From an uncultured Pseudomonadota bacterium (lineage in GTDB: Bacteria; Oederibacteriota; Muellerivitia; Muellerivitales; Muellerivitaceae), in assembly GCA_963836235.1 (NCBI GenBank), contig CAWIIP010000004.1, positions 384,001 through 448,000 of the forward strand: 64,000 nucleotides of DNA. Reading direction: 5' to 3'. The notes under the pieces were generated by a model. It searched no databases, was not told where the DNA came from, and was given only the letters and a program-made list of their open reading frames with translations. The translations under genes were made by a program, and so were the position numbers. Of the stretch, positions 39,870 to 52,745 are shown one piece after another. The stretch's first letter is position 1. Every line of letters starts with the position of its first letter.

Positions 39870-41042
39870 ATGAAATCCAACAAGCTGAAAAGGGCGATTC
39901 TTGCGCTCGAAGATGGCGTCTGGTTTGAAGGTCTGTCTTTTGGGGCCGAAGGAAAATCGTTCGGCGAGGTCTGTTTCAATACTTCGATGACGGGTTACCA
40001 GGAAATCCTCACCGATCCCTCCTACCGGGGCCAGATCGTTACCATGACCTATCCCCTCATCGGTAATTACGGCGTGAACCATGTGGATGTCGAATCCCGC
40101 AAACCCTTCCTTTCCGGCTTCGTGGTGAAGGAATACTGTAAGCATCCCTCCAACTATCGTATGACCCAAACCCTGGGGGATTACCTCAATAAGAACAACA
40201 TTATCGGTATTGAAGGTATTGATACCCGCGCCCTAACATCCCACTTGCGCACCCACGGGGCTAAGAACGGTGTGCTTTCCACCACTGAACTGGACCCCAA
40301 GAAACTGGTGAAACAGGCCAAAGATAGTCCAGGCTTGGTGGGCCGGGACTTGGTGAAGGAAGTCACTTGCGAAAAACCATATCACTGGACCGAGCTTCCC
40401 TACAACCTGGATCAACCCACGGACAAGGCTGATACCCAAATGAATTTGGCGGGCCTGACGCCTCCGGAAAAGCGGATCAAGATTGCGGCTCTGGATTGCG
40501 GTATTAAATACAACATCCTAAGGCGGCTGACCGCCGAAGGTTTCGACGTGACGGTATTCCCGGCAACCACCAAGGTCGACGCCTTCATGAACAAGGGTTT
40601 CAAGGGCGTGTTTCTTTCTAATGGTCCCGGTGACCCGGAAGGTGTGCCCTATGTGGCCCAAACTGTGCGCGATTTGATCGAAAAAAATGTGCCTATCTTC
40701 GGCATTTGCCTGGGGCACCAGATTTTAGGTTTGGCCTTAGGGGGGAAGACTTACAAGATGAAATTCGGCCATCGGGGCGGCAACCAGCCGGTCGTGAACA
40801 CCAAGAACTATAAGGTGGAAATCACCAGTCAGAACCACGGTTTCGCGGTTGATCCTGCCAGCTTGGACAAGAGCCTGGTTTACCAGAGCCACATTAATTT
40901 GAGTGACAACACCAGCGAGGGCATGGCGATGAAGCATAAGCCGGTCTTTTCGGTGCAATACCACCCCGAAGCTTCGCCAGGGCCGCATGACTCTCGATAT
41001 CTCTTTAAACAATTCCGCGAGATGGTCGAGCGGACCGGTTGA
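39870..41042 (+). CDS. carA: Carbamoyl-phosphate synthase small subunit
   Basis: FNTSMTGYQE, LSNGPGDP, GICLGHQ, SQNHGF, QYHPEASPGPHD. Confidence 0.98.
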   Translation: MKSNKLKRAILALEDGVWFEGLSFGAEGKSFGEVCFNTSMTGYQEILTDPSYRGQIVTMTYPLIGNYGVNHVDVESRKPFLSGFVVKEYCKHPSNYRMTQTLGDYLNKNNIIGIEGIDTRALTSHLRTHGAKNGVLSTTELDPKKLVKQAKDSPGLVGRDLVKEVTCEKPYHWTELPYNLDQPTDKADTQMNLAGLTPPEKRIKIAALDCGIKYNILRRLTAEGFDVTVFPATTKVDAFMNKGFKGVFLSNGPGDPEGVPYVAQTVRDLIEKNVPIFGICLGHQILGLALGGKTYKMKFGHRGGNQPVVNTKNYKVEITSQNHGFAVDPASLDKSLVYQSHINLSDNTSEGMAMKHKPVFSVQYHPEASPGPHDSRYLFKQFREMVERTG

Positions 41043-41062
41043 TCAAATAGGAGGAGGCTGCC

Positions 41063-41398
41063 TTGGGTGACGAGCAAAAGATACCCTTCCACAGGAAGGA
41101 TAGCGTAAAGCGGGCGCAGGTCGAGCATATGAAGGAACGGCTCATCCGGCGGGTCCACCGGTCCCATTCGGTGCCCCTGATCATCGCCGTTTTCCTGGGC
41201 TTTTGCTTATGGAAGGGGATGGATATCCGGACCTGGCCGGTTTGGGGCCCTTGCGCGGTCTTGGCGGCGGTCTATTTCTTGACCATGGCCTTGAGTGTCT
41301 GTCCCCGCTGTGGGCGCCGTTTTTTCGGGGGAATGGGATGGATCTTCGGGTTCGCGCACAGCATCCATTGCGGCAAATGCGGGTTCAAGCTGTTTTGA
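41063..41398 (+). CDS. Small 2-TM protein with C-terminal zinc ribbon (CPRC...CGKC)
   Basis: Strong AGGAGG RBS, two hydrophobic helices, two CxxC pairs. Confidence 0.7.
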   Translation: MGDEQKIPFHRKDSVKRAQVEHMKERLIRRVHRSHSVPLIIAVFLGFCLWKGMDIRTWPVWGPCAVLAAVYFLTMALSVCPRCGRRFFGGMGWIFGFAHSIHCGKCGFKLF

Positions 41399-41420
41399 TG
41401 CTTGCGCGCAATGACAAGTT

Positions 41421-41482
41421 GGCCGCCTGATTCAAGGTGCTTGTTTAAACAGTTCAGGGAAATGCTGGAGAAGAATGCTTGA
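41421..41482 (+). pseudogene. Relic second copy of the carA 3' end
   Basis: Ungapped match to 40981-41042 (42/62 nt); [19 protein letters not shown] versus PHDSRYLFKQFREMVERTG*. Confidence 0.85.
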
Positions 41483-41804
41483 AGAAAGCTGAAAAAAATT
41501 CGTTATTAGTAATAAAAATTGCCGGTTGGTCTCGAAAGTTAATGATTTTTCTTCTTTGTTCGGGGCTCACTTTTTTTCTTCTGTTTGGGATTGGTTCGTT
41601 GTTTTTTAAAAGTAAATTCGATTTGATTTTTGGCTTTTACTTTTTGGTCGGTTACGGTGTGCTTTTGTCGTTGTTAGGGATGTTGTCTTTGGTGTTTATG
41701 TGTCCCCGATGTGGAAAGCAATTTTATGTTGGGCAACAGCGTAGATCGCTTTTAACTGATAAATGCTTGAATTGTGGGTGGGGAATGAAAGGTGATTTGG
41801 AATA

Positions 41805-41805
<1 letters not shown>
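41479..41805 (+). CDS. Small AT-rich 2-TM protein with C-terminal zinc ribbon (CPRC...CLNC)
   Basis: Same architecture as 41063; TTG start overlaps the relic carA stop and its stop overlaps the carB ATG. Confidence 0.7.
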
Positions 41806-45101
<3,296 letters not shown>

Positions 45102-45246
45102 CGCCATCCTCCCCGTGGGGCTTCAGAATTTTGTTGGTTCTTAGTTAAAGCCTCTTTCATCCCTTTTTACTTGTAAAACCTTTGAAAAAAGCCTTTTTTT
45201 CGATTAATGCATTCTAGGCCGAGGGGGTATAATTCGAATCATTTCC

Positions 45247-45273
45247 CGTTGGAATTTTGAAGAAATTCCAACG
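45247..45273. promoter_or_regulatory. Perfect 11-bp inverted repeat (operator or 5'-UTR hairpin) upstream of the S53 protease
   Basis: CGTTGGAATTT-tgaag-AAATTCCAACG, just downstream of a TATAAT at 45228. Confidence 0.45.
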
Positions 45274-45311
45274 AAACCGACATCGAATTTGCCGTTCTTT
45301 GACGAGGCGGC

Positions 45312-48300
45312 GTGACATTCAAGGTGGTTGTTTTGCGAAAGCTTTTGCCTCTTTTAGGTTTGACACTTCTGCTGTGTTATCCCGATACCTTTGCCTGGGC
45401 GGCGGGAAGGCAACAGCTTCATGGCCATATTCTGAAAGCTCTGGCAACGGCTCCCCGAATAGGCCCATTGGACCCCTCCACCCAACTGAACTTGGTCATA
45501 AGCCTACCCTTGCGCAACAACGCGGAACTTCAGGAACTTTTAAAACAACTCTACGATTCTCAAAGCCCTCAGTACCGCCATTTCCTCACGGTGGACCAGT
45601 TTGAAGCTAGGTTTGGTCCGTCCGAAGAGGATTACCAGTCCCTCGTTTCCTTCGCCCAATCGAACCACCTAACCATAGACGGTACCAGGTCCAGTCGCCG
45701 GTTATTGAAAGTCAGCGGGACGGTAGAGAACATTCAGAAGGTTTTTAATGTCAGCTTGAACCAATATCAAAAGCCGGATGGCAGCCTCTTTTTCGCGCCG
45801 GAAAACGAACCCTCCATCGACTTTGACGTGCCGGTTCTCCATGTGGGCGGTTTGGACAATTACCAGGTTCCAAAACCCATGCTCCATGCCTCCGCTCCCC
45901 AGGCTTGGGTGCCAAAGCAATCCTCTTACCACCCTTCCACCGGGGGAATCTCACCCAAGGCCATCGCAAACGCAGGATCGGCTCCTAGCAGTCTTTTTTG
46001 GGGTTCGGATTTCCGCAACGCCTATGTTCCCGGTGTCTGTCTCACCGGAACCGGCCAATCGGTCGCGTTGGTGGAGTTCGAGGGCTATTACGACAGCGAT
46101 ATTCTTGGCTATGAGGCCCTTGCGGGCCTGCCGAACGTCCCCGTCACCAACGTTCTGATTGATGGGTTTAGTGGAACCCCTCCCCGCCATAATGGCGACT
46201 CCAACGGCGTTATCGAGGTATCCCTGGACATCGAGATGGCCATTTCCATGGCGCCCGGATTGACCCAGGTGCGGGTTTATGAGGTAGCTAATAGCGCGCC
46301 GGCCAACGACGCCGACGATATGCTGGACCAAATCGCGACAGACGGTAAAACCACCTCGATCCATCAAATCAGCTGTTCCTGGACCGGGTTCGGCGACACC
46401 ACCTCGGAAACTTATTTCGAGCAGTTCGCCACGCAGGGGCAGGCTTTTTTCCAGGCGGCGGGCGACAACGGCGCTTACGTGACGGGAGACCCGGATACGA
46501 CCGTTCCGATTCCCACCAACTTCAGCTCCAACATCGAGATGACGGTGGTCGGAGGGACCGAGTTGTCGATGAACGGGTCGGGCCAATCCTACCTTTCGGA
46601 AACGACCTGGAACGCCCCCCTGGCCGGAGTCACCTATGCGGGTGGAGGGGGAGTTTGTTCCGTGGTTCCCATTCCGACTTACCAGCAGGGGGCCTCCATG
46701 ACGGCCTATATAACGGCCGACGGCGGGTCCACGGTGCTGCGAAACATCCCGGATGTTTCCATGGACGCTTTTAATATTTTTGTCGTAGGGAATAAGACCT
46801 ACACGAGCCCCACGAATTACAGCTACTACACCGTCGTCGGAACCAGCGCAGCGACGCCTCTTTGGGCTGGTTTTCTTGCCCTGGCCAACGAGCAGGGGGC
46901 GAGCGGGGGCGTGACCGTGGGATTCGCCAACCCGGCTCTTTACGCTATCGGTTTGGGAGGGAACTACAACGCCGATTTCAACGATATCAAGGACGGCAGC
47001 ACCAATAACCTCGCCGGAAATCCTAATCTTTATAAGGCCATTACCGGTTATGACCTAGCCACGGGATGGGGTTCGCCTACGGGGCAAAAACTGATCAATG
47101 ACCTGACCGGGCTGTCGGCTACTGCTTGTACCCAAACTCCGGGGACAACCCCATCAACGACCCAGACTTCGACGGGCACCTCTACCATAACCCCTACGAA
47201 AACGGTGACAAGCACTCCCACCTCAACCACGACGAATAGCGCGACCAATACGGCTACCCGCAGTCCGACCCAAACCACGACCAATACGCCCACGCTTACC
47301 GCCAGCTTTACGGCCAGTAGCACACCCACCCGTACCCCTACGGGTACTTCAACCGCTACGCCAACCCTTTCACCCACGAATACTCTTTCCGCCTCGCCTA
47401 CCAATAGCGTTAGCGGAACACCGAGCTCTACTCCGACGGCCACTTCAACGGCCACGTCCAGCAATACTCCCAGCAACACTTTGACCTTCACGCCTACCGC
47501 CACCACGACAAATACGCCTAGCAATACTTCCACCCATACCCCAACCAACACCGCTTCTTTCACCCCCACCCTTTCCCCGACGGGTACGCCTTCCACCACC
47601 CCTACCGGTACGGCCAGTCCGACACTGACCAACAGTCCAACGGTCACGCCGAGCTATACTCCCAGCAACACTTCGACTTTCTCGACTACCGCCACGGCAA
47701 CGAATAGCCCAAGCGATACCGCCACCACCACGCCCACCAATACGGCTAGCGGCACAGCGACCTCTACTCCGACGGCCACCACCACGGCCACGCCGAGCTA
47801 TAGCCCCAGCAATACTTCGACATCCACGCCTACGGCCACGGCGACCAACACGATGACGAATAGCCCGAGCGATACGGCCACCACGACACCTACCAACACG
47901 GCCTCTTCCACGCCCAGCCTTTCGCCCACGAATACGCCCTCCGCCACGCCCACCAGTTCGGCAACGACTACGGCTACTTTCACGGCTAGCGCGACGGGCA
48001 CCACGACGCCGGTTAACACGGCCACTAATACGGCTTCCTCCACCTCCACGCTTTCCCCGACGAATACCCCTTCCAATAGCCCCACAAGCACATCAAGTGA
48101 TACTCCCACTCAAAGCCCCACCTTCACATCAACTACGACACCCACGGACAGCCCCAGCAATACTTCGACATCCACGCCTACGGCCACGGCGACAAATACG
48201 ACGACGAATAGCCCGAGCGATACCGCCACCACGACACCCACCAACACGGCCTCTTCCACGCCGACTCTTTCGCCCACGAATACGCCTTCCGACACGCCCA

Positions 48301-48980
48301 CCAGTACGGCAACGATTACGGCTACCGACACCCCTACCCCGACGGGCACCCTAACACCCATCAATACGGCCACAAATACCGCCACTTTCACGGCCACCAA
48401 TAGTCCCATCAACAGCCCAACCTTTACGATTACCAGTACGCCGACCAATTCGACTACGGACACACCGACTTGGACGGCGACGAACACAACGACCGCAACC
48501 CTTACCGGAACGGTGTCCAATTCCCCGACCAGTACGGTTATCGCGACTCAAACGAACACGCCCACCAACAGCATTACCCCTACCCCGGTTGTTTCTTTCA
48601 CCGAAACGCCCACCGCCTCTAGCACGCCGACAGCGGCAGAAACTTCAACGGTAACACCGACTCCGACATCCTCTCCTTTGCCGGGCGCTCCGACTCCGAG
48701 TTGGTCGGTTCGCCCAACGATTTCCCATGGAGGGGAACCTATCGACTGGCAAGTGGTCTTGACCAGTTCATCGGAGATCACCCTCAGTCTTTACGATGTG
48801 GCGGGTGAACTCATCTATAAAACAAGTATCCAAGGCAACGTAGGCTCGAACAATATTTCTTGGGACCTTCAAAACCAATCCGGACAAAAGGTTACCGAGG
48901 GTCTTTATATTTATTTCATCGATATAGCCCAGGGTTTCCCTTTCCCCGACCCGCGCGGCAAAGTCCTTGTCCTCAATTAG
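45312..48980 (+). CDS. Secreted S53 (sedolisin/kumamolisin) peptidase with Thr-rich stalk and FlgD-Ig/T9SS-like C-terminal domain
   Basis: Signal peptide, pro-kumamolisin prodomain, EVSLDIE, AAGDNG, GTSAATP, GYDLATGWGSP; ~520-aa T/S/P region; C-terminus GLYIY...GKVLVLN. Confidence 0.92.
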   Translation: MTFKVVVLRKLLPLLGLTLLLCYPDTFAWAAGRQQLHGHILKALATAPRIGPLDPSTQLNLVISLPLRNNAELQELLKQLYDSQSPQYRHFLTVDQFEARFGPSEEDYQSLVSFAQSNHLTIDGTRSSRRLLKVSGTVENIQKVFNVSLNQYQKPDGSLFFAPENEPSIDFDVPVLHVGGLDNYQVPKPMLHASAPQAWVPKQSSYHPSTGGISPKAIANAGSAPSSLFWGSDFRNAYVPGVCLTGTGQSVALVEFEGYYDSDILGYEALAGLPNVPVTNVLIDGFSGTPPRHNGDSNGVIEVSLDIEMAISMAPGLTQVRVYEVANSAPANDADDMLDQIATDGKTTSIHQISCSWTGFGDTTSETYFEQFATQGQAFFQAAGDNGAYVTGDPDTTVPIPTNFSSNIEMTVVGGTELSMNGSGQSYLSETTWNAPLAGVTYAGGGGVCSVVPIPTYQQGASMTAYITADGGSTVLRNIPDVSMDAFNIFVVGNKTYTSPTNYSYYTVVGTSAATPLWAGFLALANEQGASGGVTVGFANPALYAIGLGGNYNADFNDIKDGSTNNLAGNPNLYKAITGYDLATGWGSPTGQKLINDLTGLSATACTQTPGTTPSTTQTSTGTSTITPTKTVTSTPTSTTTNSATNTATRSPTQTTTNTPTLTASFTASSTPTRTPTGTSTATPTLSPTNTLSASPTNSVSGTPSSTPTATSTATSSNTPSNTLTFTPTATTTNTPSNTSTHTPTNTASFTPTLSPTGTPSTTPTGTASPTLTNSPTVTPSYTPSNTSTFSTTATATNSPSDTATTTPTNTASGTATSTPTATTTATPSYSPSNTSTSTPTATATNTMTNSPSDTATTTPTNTASSTPSLSPTNTPSATPTSSATTTATFTASATGTTTPVNTATNTASSTSTLSPTNTPSNSPTSTSSDTPTQSPTFTSTTTPTDSPSNTSTSTPTATATNTTTNSPSDTATTTPTNTASSTPTLSPTNTPSDTPTSTATITATDTPTPTGTLTPINTATNTATFTATNSPINSPTFTITSTPTNSTTDTPTWTATNTTTATLTGTVSNSPTSTVIATQTNTPTNSITPTPVVSFTETPTASSTPTAAETSTVTPTPTSSPLPGAPTPSWSVRPTISHGGEPIDWQVVLTSSSEITLSLYDVAGELIYKTSIQGNVGSNNISWDLQNQSGQKVTEGLYIYFIDIAQGFPFPDPRGKVLVLN
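47802..48320 (+). repeat. Internal ~165-bp direct repeat in the Thr-rich stalk (period 348 bp)
   Basis: agccccagcaatacttcgacatccacgcctacggccacggcgac... occurs at 47802 and 48150. Confidence 0.8.
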
Positions 48981-49032
48981 GGCGGGCGATCCAAAGGATC
49001 GTTTCCTGGTTTAAATAAGCCTATTTTCGTCC

Positions 49033-49060
49033 TGCAACCTTCCGCTTCCGAGGAGCGTCT
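49033..49060 (+). promoter_or_regulatory. Possible ECF-sigma promoter
   Basis: TGCAAC-17 nt-CGTCT about 40 nt before the small secreted protein. Confidence 0.4.
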
Positions 49061-49097
49061 TATCTACAAGAGCCGTTTGTGAAAGTTTCCTAGGAGG

Positions 49098-49340
49098 ATG
49101 AAAATGAAAAAACTACTTTTCGCAGCGTTGTTTGTTTCTTTCGCCATGATTGGCACGGCCAAAGCCGCGGTGGTCGTGAACGCGGAGGTTTGCCCGGTTC
49201 CCGGTGTCCGCTTGGTTTTGGGAAACAGGCCCTTTGTCAGGGAGGCCGTTCCTTACCGGCGTGTTGTTTGGATGAGGGATTATCACCGCCACCGGATCGT
49301 CCGTCCTTACTATGACGGCTGGGACCATTGCTATCGGTAA
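49098..49340 (+). CDS. Small secreted protein (Arg/His/Tyr-rich tail)
   Basis: AGGAGG RBS, signal peptide ending AKA, own terminator. Confidence 0.75.
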   Translation: MKMKKLLFAALFVSFAMIGTAKAAVVVNAEVCPVPGVRLVLGNRPFVREAVPYRRVVWMRDYHRHRIVRPYYDGWDHCYR

Positions 49341-49366
49341 ACCATTCTGTGTTGATCCGAAGCGGC

Positions 49367-49399
49367 AAAAAAAGGCGGGGCATCAGCCCCGCCTTTTTT
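49367..49399. terminator. Bidirectional intrinsic terminator
   Basis: aaaaaaa-ggcggggc-atca-gccccgcc-tttttt. Confidence 0.88.
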
Positions 49400-49503
49400 G
49401 TTGAGGCGAAAACGAAGACAAGTTTGAACTCCCCCCTTCTTAACCGGCATTACCTTTCCACCAGGCTACCCCTCCCTCCCTGTTTCCCTTACAATTGACC
49501 GCT

Positions 49504-50052
49504 ATGGAAAACCGCCTGCACATTTACTATGGATATGGCAAAGGCAAAACGACAACGGCCGTGGGTTTGGCCATTCGGGCGCTCGGGGCCGGCCAAAAGG
49601 TCGCGATGGTCCAATTCGACAAGGGCTACGATGGAGTCAAGGAGCATTATTCCGAGCGGAAGATTTTGCGCCAATTGAAGGGCCTCCAACTTTTCCCCTT
49701 TGGCAAGGAAAGGGTACTGGGTCCCAACGCCTTTCGCTTCAAAAACGAACCGGGTGATTTTGAGGAAGCCCAAAAAGGCCTGGCCAAAGCGAGGGAGCTC
49801 ATCCTCTCGGGTGTCCAAGACCTGCTCATCCTGGACGAACTGCTCGCGGCGGTCATGACCAAACTGGTCACCCGGGAGGAGGTCATGGACTTGGTGGATA
49901 TCTATGGCCGGAACCGGCGATTTGAAATGGCCATTACCGGGCACCAGGTTTGGCCCGAGCTGGTCGAAAAAGCCGATTTGGTGACGGAAATGCGCAAGGA
50001 GAAGCATTACTTCGACAGTAAGATGTCCTCCAAAGAGGGAATTGAATACTAG
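49504..50052 (+). CDS. cobO: Cob(I)yrinic acid a,c-diamide adenosyltransferase (CobO/BtuR family)
   Basis: YYGYGKGKTTTAVGLAIRA, VQF.KG, LLILDE, ITG, ADLVTEM..EKHYF...GIEY. Confidence 0.88.
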   Translation: MENRLHIYYGYGKGKTTTAVGLAIRALGAGQKVAMVQFDKGYDGVKEHYSERKILRQLKGLQLFPFGKERVLGPNAFRFKNEPGDFEEAQKGLAKARELILSGVQDLLILDELLAAVMTKLVTREEVMDLVDIYGRNRRFEMAITGHQVWPELVEKADLVTEMRKEKHYFDSKMSSKEGIEY

Positions 50053-50101
50053 CCGTTTTTAGCCGTTCACCCCTGGCCGTAAGGCTCCAAAAGGCGGAAA
50101 C

Positions 50102-50752
50102 GTGAAGACCAACCGACTCCCTTCATCCCTGCCTTATTTCATCCTGGTCGCTTTGCTGGGACTTGTTCCGGTTTTGAATAACAAGTACCCCGCCCAATTT
50201 TTTCCCGGATTTTCCCCTTGGGGGACGGAAGTCCTATCCACTTTTGCCGGAATCGCCGCGGCTACCCTGGGCTTCCTGAGGCTGTGGGCGCGCCTTGAAA
50301 AGGGGGGGCGTGCCAAGGCTTTGGTGTTGGAGGTGGCCGGCTCCCGCCACGCCGCCGATCATCCTTTGGATAACGACTTAGCCACCGCCACCAGGTTTAT
50401 TTCCCGCTTGGTCCGGAATGTGGACGAGGATTTGAGGGAAATCACCCCGGATTTTTCCGAGGATTCCCTTTGGCGCCTGGAAAAGTTTTTGCCAAAGCTG
50501 TTGGAGGAAATCGATAGCGAAGAGGACGCTTTTATCCGCCTCGGCGTGGCGGGGGTCTATTTAGGGGAAGCCGCCTGCCGGAATTTTCAATGGCAATGGC
50601 ATTTCAGGGCCGACCCCGCTTTGCGCCAGTTCAGCTATTTAACCTCGACGATCCAAAAAGAGGGGAAAAGCCTAGACCCTTACGCTTGGGCGGCGGAGTT
50701 GATGGCCGGCAAAGGCCGGATGTCCCAATTCATTGCGGAAATGAAGCGATGA
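50102..50752 (+). CDS. Hypothetical protein with two N-terminal TM helices
   Basis: 216-aa ORF with genome-typical codon use; GVYLGE motif. Confidence 0.6.
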   Translation: MKTNRLPSSLPYFILVALLGLVPVLNNKYPAQFFPGFSPWGTEVLSTFAGIAAATLGFLRLWARLEKGGRAKALVLEVAGSRHAADHPLDNDLATATRFISRLVRNVDEDLREITPDFSEDSLWRLEKFLPKLLEEIDSEEDAFIRLGVAGVYLGEAACRNFQWQWHFRADPALRQFSYLTSTIQKEGKSLDPYAWAAELMAGKGRMSQFIAEMKR

Positions 50753-51471
50753 TGCCCCCTGAGGGAATCGGAAACTTCTATTGCCAGGGAAGAAGCGGCT
50801 ATGGAACGTTCTGGAAAGGATTGGCTTTCGCCGGAATGGCTGTTTTGGGATTCTTTTGCGGCCCAGGGGTTTCGGCTTCGAGAAACCTTCCCCAGCTCAT
50901 CCATGTCACCGCCAAGCTTTTGAGGCCGACCTATCATCACGAGTACGGCACCGCGCAAATCCAGGCCATGAGCGGCCTTCGGGCCCCCAGCCGGGCGGCC
51001 CAGGAACCGGGACTTACCTTGTTCGAGTATGAGATATCCTCCCAATATGAAATGACCGAAATGGGGCGTGATCCCAATGGCCCGCTCCGGGTTTGGGCCA
51101 AATCCATCGACGTTAGCTTTTCGGTCACGAGGATGGAAGTTTATATTTCGAGCCAATATGCCAAGGGAAGCTGCCAATATCAGACCATCCTGGCCCACGA
51201 GAATACTCATGTGGCCATCAATGAAAGGGTGTTTAAAAAATACAAGGCGCTTTTGATCCAGGCATTGAAAATGGACCGGAATCTACCCACCCGGGCGCAT
51301 CCCTTGCGGGTATCCTCCGAACAGGAAGGGGAGGATATCCTGGATCGGAACATTAAGGGGATTTTGACGCCGCTGGAAGAGCGCTTCCAGGCGGAGGATC
51401 GAAGGGAAAACGCGAAGATTGATACGCCCGCCAGTTACGCGCGAACCCAAGCCAGATGCCGAGATTGGTAA
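50749..51471 (+). CDS. Putative exported zinc-dependent protease-like protein (DUF922-like)
   Basis: Hydrophobic N-terminal segment, ILAHENTHV (HExxH) motif; ATGA overlap with the upstream stop. Confidence 0.55.
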   Translation: MMPPEGIGNFYCQGRSGYGTFWKGLAFAGMAVLGFFCGPGVSASRNLPQLIHVTAKLLRPTYHHEYGTAQIQAMSGLRAPSRAAQEPGLTLFEYEISSQYEMTEMGRDPNGPLRVWAKSIDVSFSVTRMEVYISSQYAKGSCQYQTILAHENTHVAINERVFKKYKALLIQALKMDRNLPTRAHPLRVSSEQEGEDILDRNIKGILTPLEERFQAEDRRENAKIDTPASYARTQARCRDW

Positions 51472-51480
51472 AAAATCAAT

Positions 51481-52470
51481 TTACGGTGGGCTGAATTTCT
51501 CCACCGAATGGGCCACCGGTTTGACCTGCTCATGCAAGTAATCGTAAATAGCCCCCAAGTCCTCGTCCGTCATTCCGCCATATTCTCCCCAGGGCATCAA
51601 GGTGTTGAATTGCCCCGGCTTGACCGGCGCGTGGCTGTCCGCCATTTGTTTCCCCAGGCGGAAACGCTTGATGAAGTAATCTTTGGTCCAATCCCCGATG
51701 CCCGTTTTGGGGTCCGGGGTGATATTTGCCGTCCGCAGCGTGGATCCGTCGGGAAAATGGAATTCCATTCCTCCGGCGAAATCCATGCCCGCCAGGGGAG
51801 CGCCATGGTCATCCACCGGCGTGTGGCAATCGTAACAGGATGTCGCGTTCACCATGTAACGGGCATAAGAGGCCTTATCCTTCGGGTCCGGGGCGGGGGC
51901 GAAGGATCCGGCATCCTTGGGAATGGTTTTGACGATGAAGTTCACGGGAAAGTCCAGCTTTGTCGGCGGCGGATCGTAGGCGACCGGGTTCAAGGTCCGG
52001 ATATAGGTGACGATCGAATAGAGGTCTTCCTGGCTCAGCTGGCTTAAATGCTGGTAGGGCATCAAGGGAAAAAGCGCCTGACCCTGCCTATTCACGCCGG
52101 TTCGAAGGACCCGGACGATTTCACCGTCCGTCCAGTCCTTCAAATGGTAAGGGGTGATGTTGCGGGAATAGAGATCGCCCGGAAGGCCCATGAGTTTCTT
52201 GCTGAAGAGAAAACCGCCCTGACCGAGGGTCCCCTCTTTTAAAGGAAAATTGAATTGATCCAATTGGCGGCTTGAATGGCAGCCGAGACAGCCGGTGACG
52301 TTTTCCACGAGATACTTGCCCCGGGCGAGCCGGGCCGGGCTGGATTCGATCCGGATGTTTTCCGCTGGACTGACTTTCGGAAAGGCCGTATTGAAATAAA
52401 GAATTCCGCCCGCCAGTGCCGCGACCAGAGCCAGCGCCAAGCCACCTAGAATCTTCAAGAATATTTTCAT
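51481..52470 (-). CDS. Membrane-anchored di-heme cytochrome c
   Basis: CLGCH and CYDCH, two NITP motifs, MPY/MPW axial Met, N-terminal TM. Confidence 0.9.
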   Translation of the reverse strand: MKIFLKILGGLALALVAALAGGILYFNTAFPKVSPAENIRIESSPARLARGKYLVENVTGCLGCHSSRQLDQFNFPLKEGTLGQGGFLFSKKLMGLPGDLYSRNITPYHLKDWTDGEIVRVLRTGVNRQGQALFPLMPYQHLSQLSQEDLYSIVTYIRTLNPVAYDPPPTKLDFPVNFIVKTIPKDAGSFAPAPDPKDKASYARYMVNATSCYDCHTPVDDHGAPLAGMDFAGGMEFHFPDGSTLRTANITPDPKTGIGDWTKDYFIKRFRLGKQMADSHAPVKPGQFNTLMPWGEYGGMTDEDLGAIYDYLHEQVKPVAHSVEKFSPP

Positions 52471-52693
52471 GTTCCCCCCGGATATAGTCGGTTAATCCGG
52501 CGAATAATATGACGGAAATCCCATTAGGGGGAAGAGAAATAACCGTTGATGCCCATTTCATATGGAAATGGGCACAAGCAAAGCTCATTCTTCGACTTGA
52601 GGTCTCAGAACAGCTGCACCCAGCTTTTGGTTTTGGAGGGGCTGGGTATCCACAAGTCCGGTCTTCGGCACGTGGCCTCAGACCAGTGAAAAT

Positions 52694-52727
52694 AAAAAAG
52701 CCCCCGGGGTTATCCCCGGAGGCTTTT
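52694..52727 (-). terminator. Intrinsic terminator of csp
   Basis: gcccccgggg-ttat-ccccggaggc hairpin with a U-tract on the minus strand. Confidence 0.8.
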
Positions 52728-52745
52728 CGCGGCGTCGCTCAATCG

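Noticed and set aside
47048-48781. Val/Gly-rich minus-strand ORFs (also 61594-62676)
   Set aside because: Reverse-complement artefacts of the Thr-rich ACN codon tracts.
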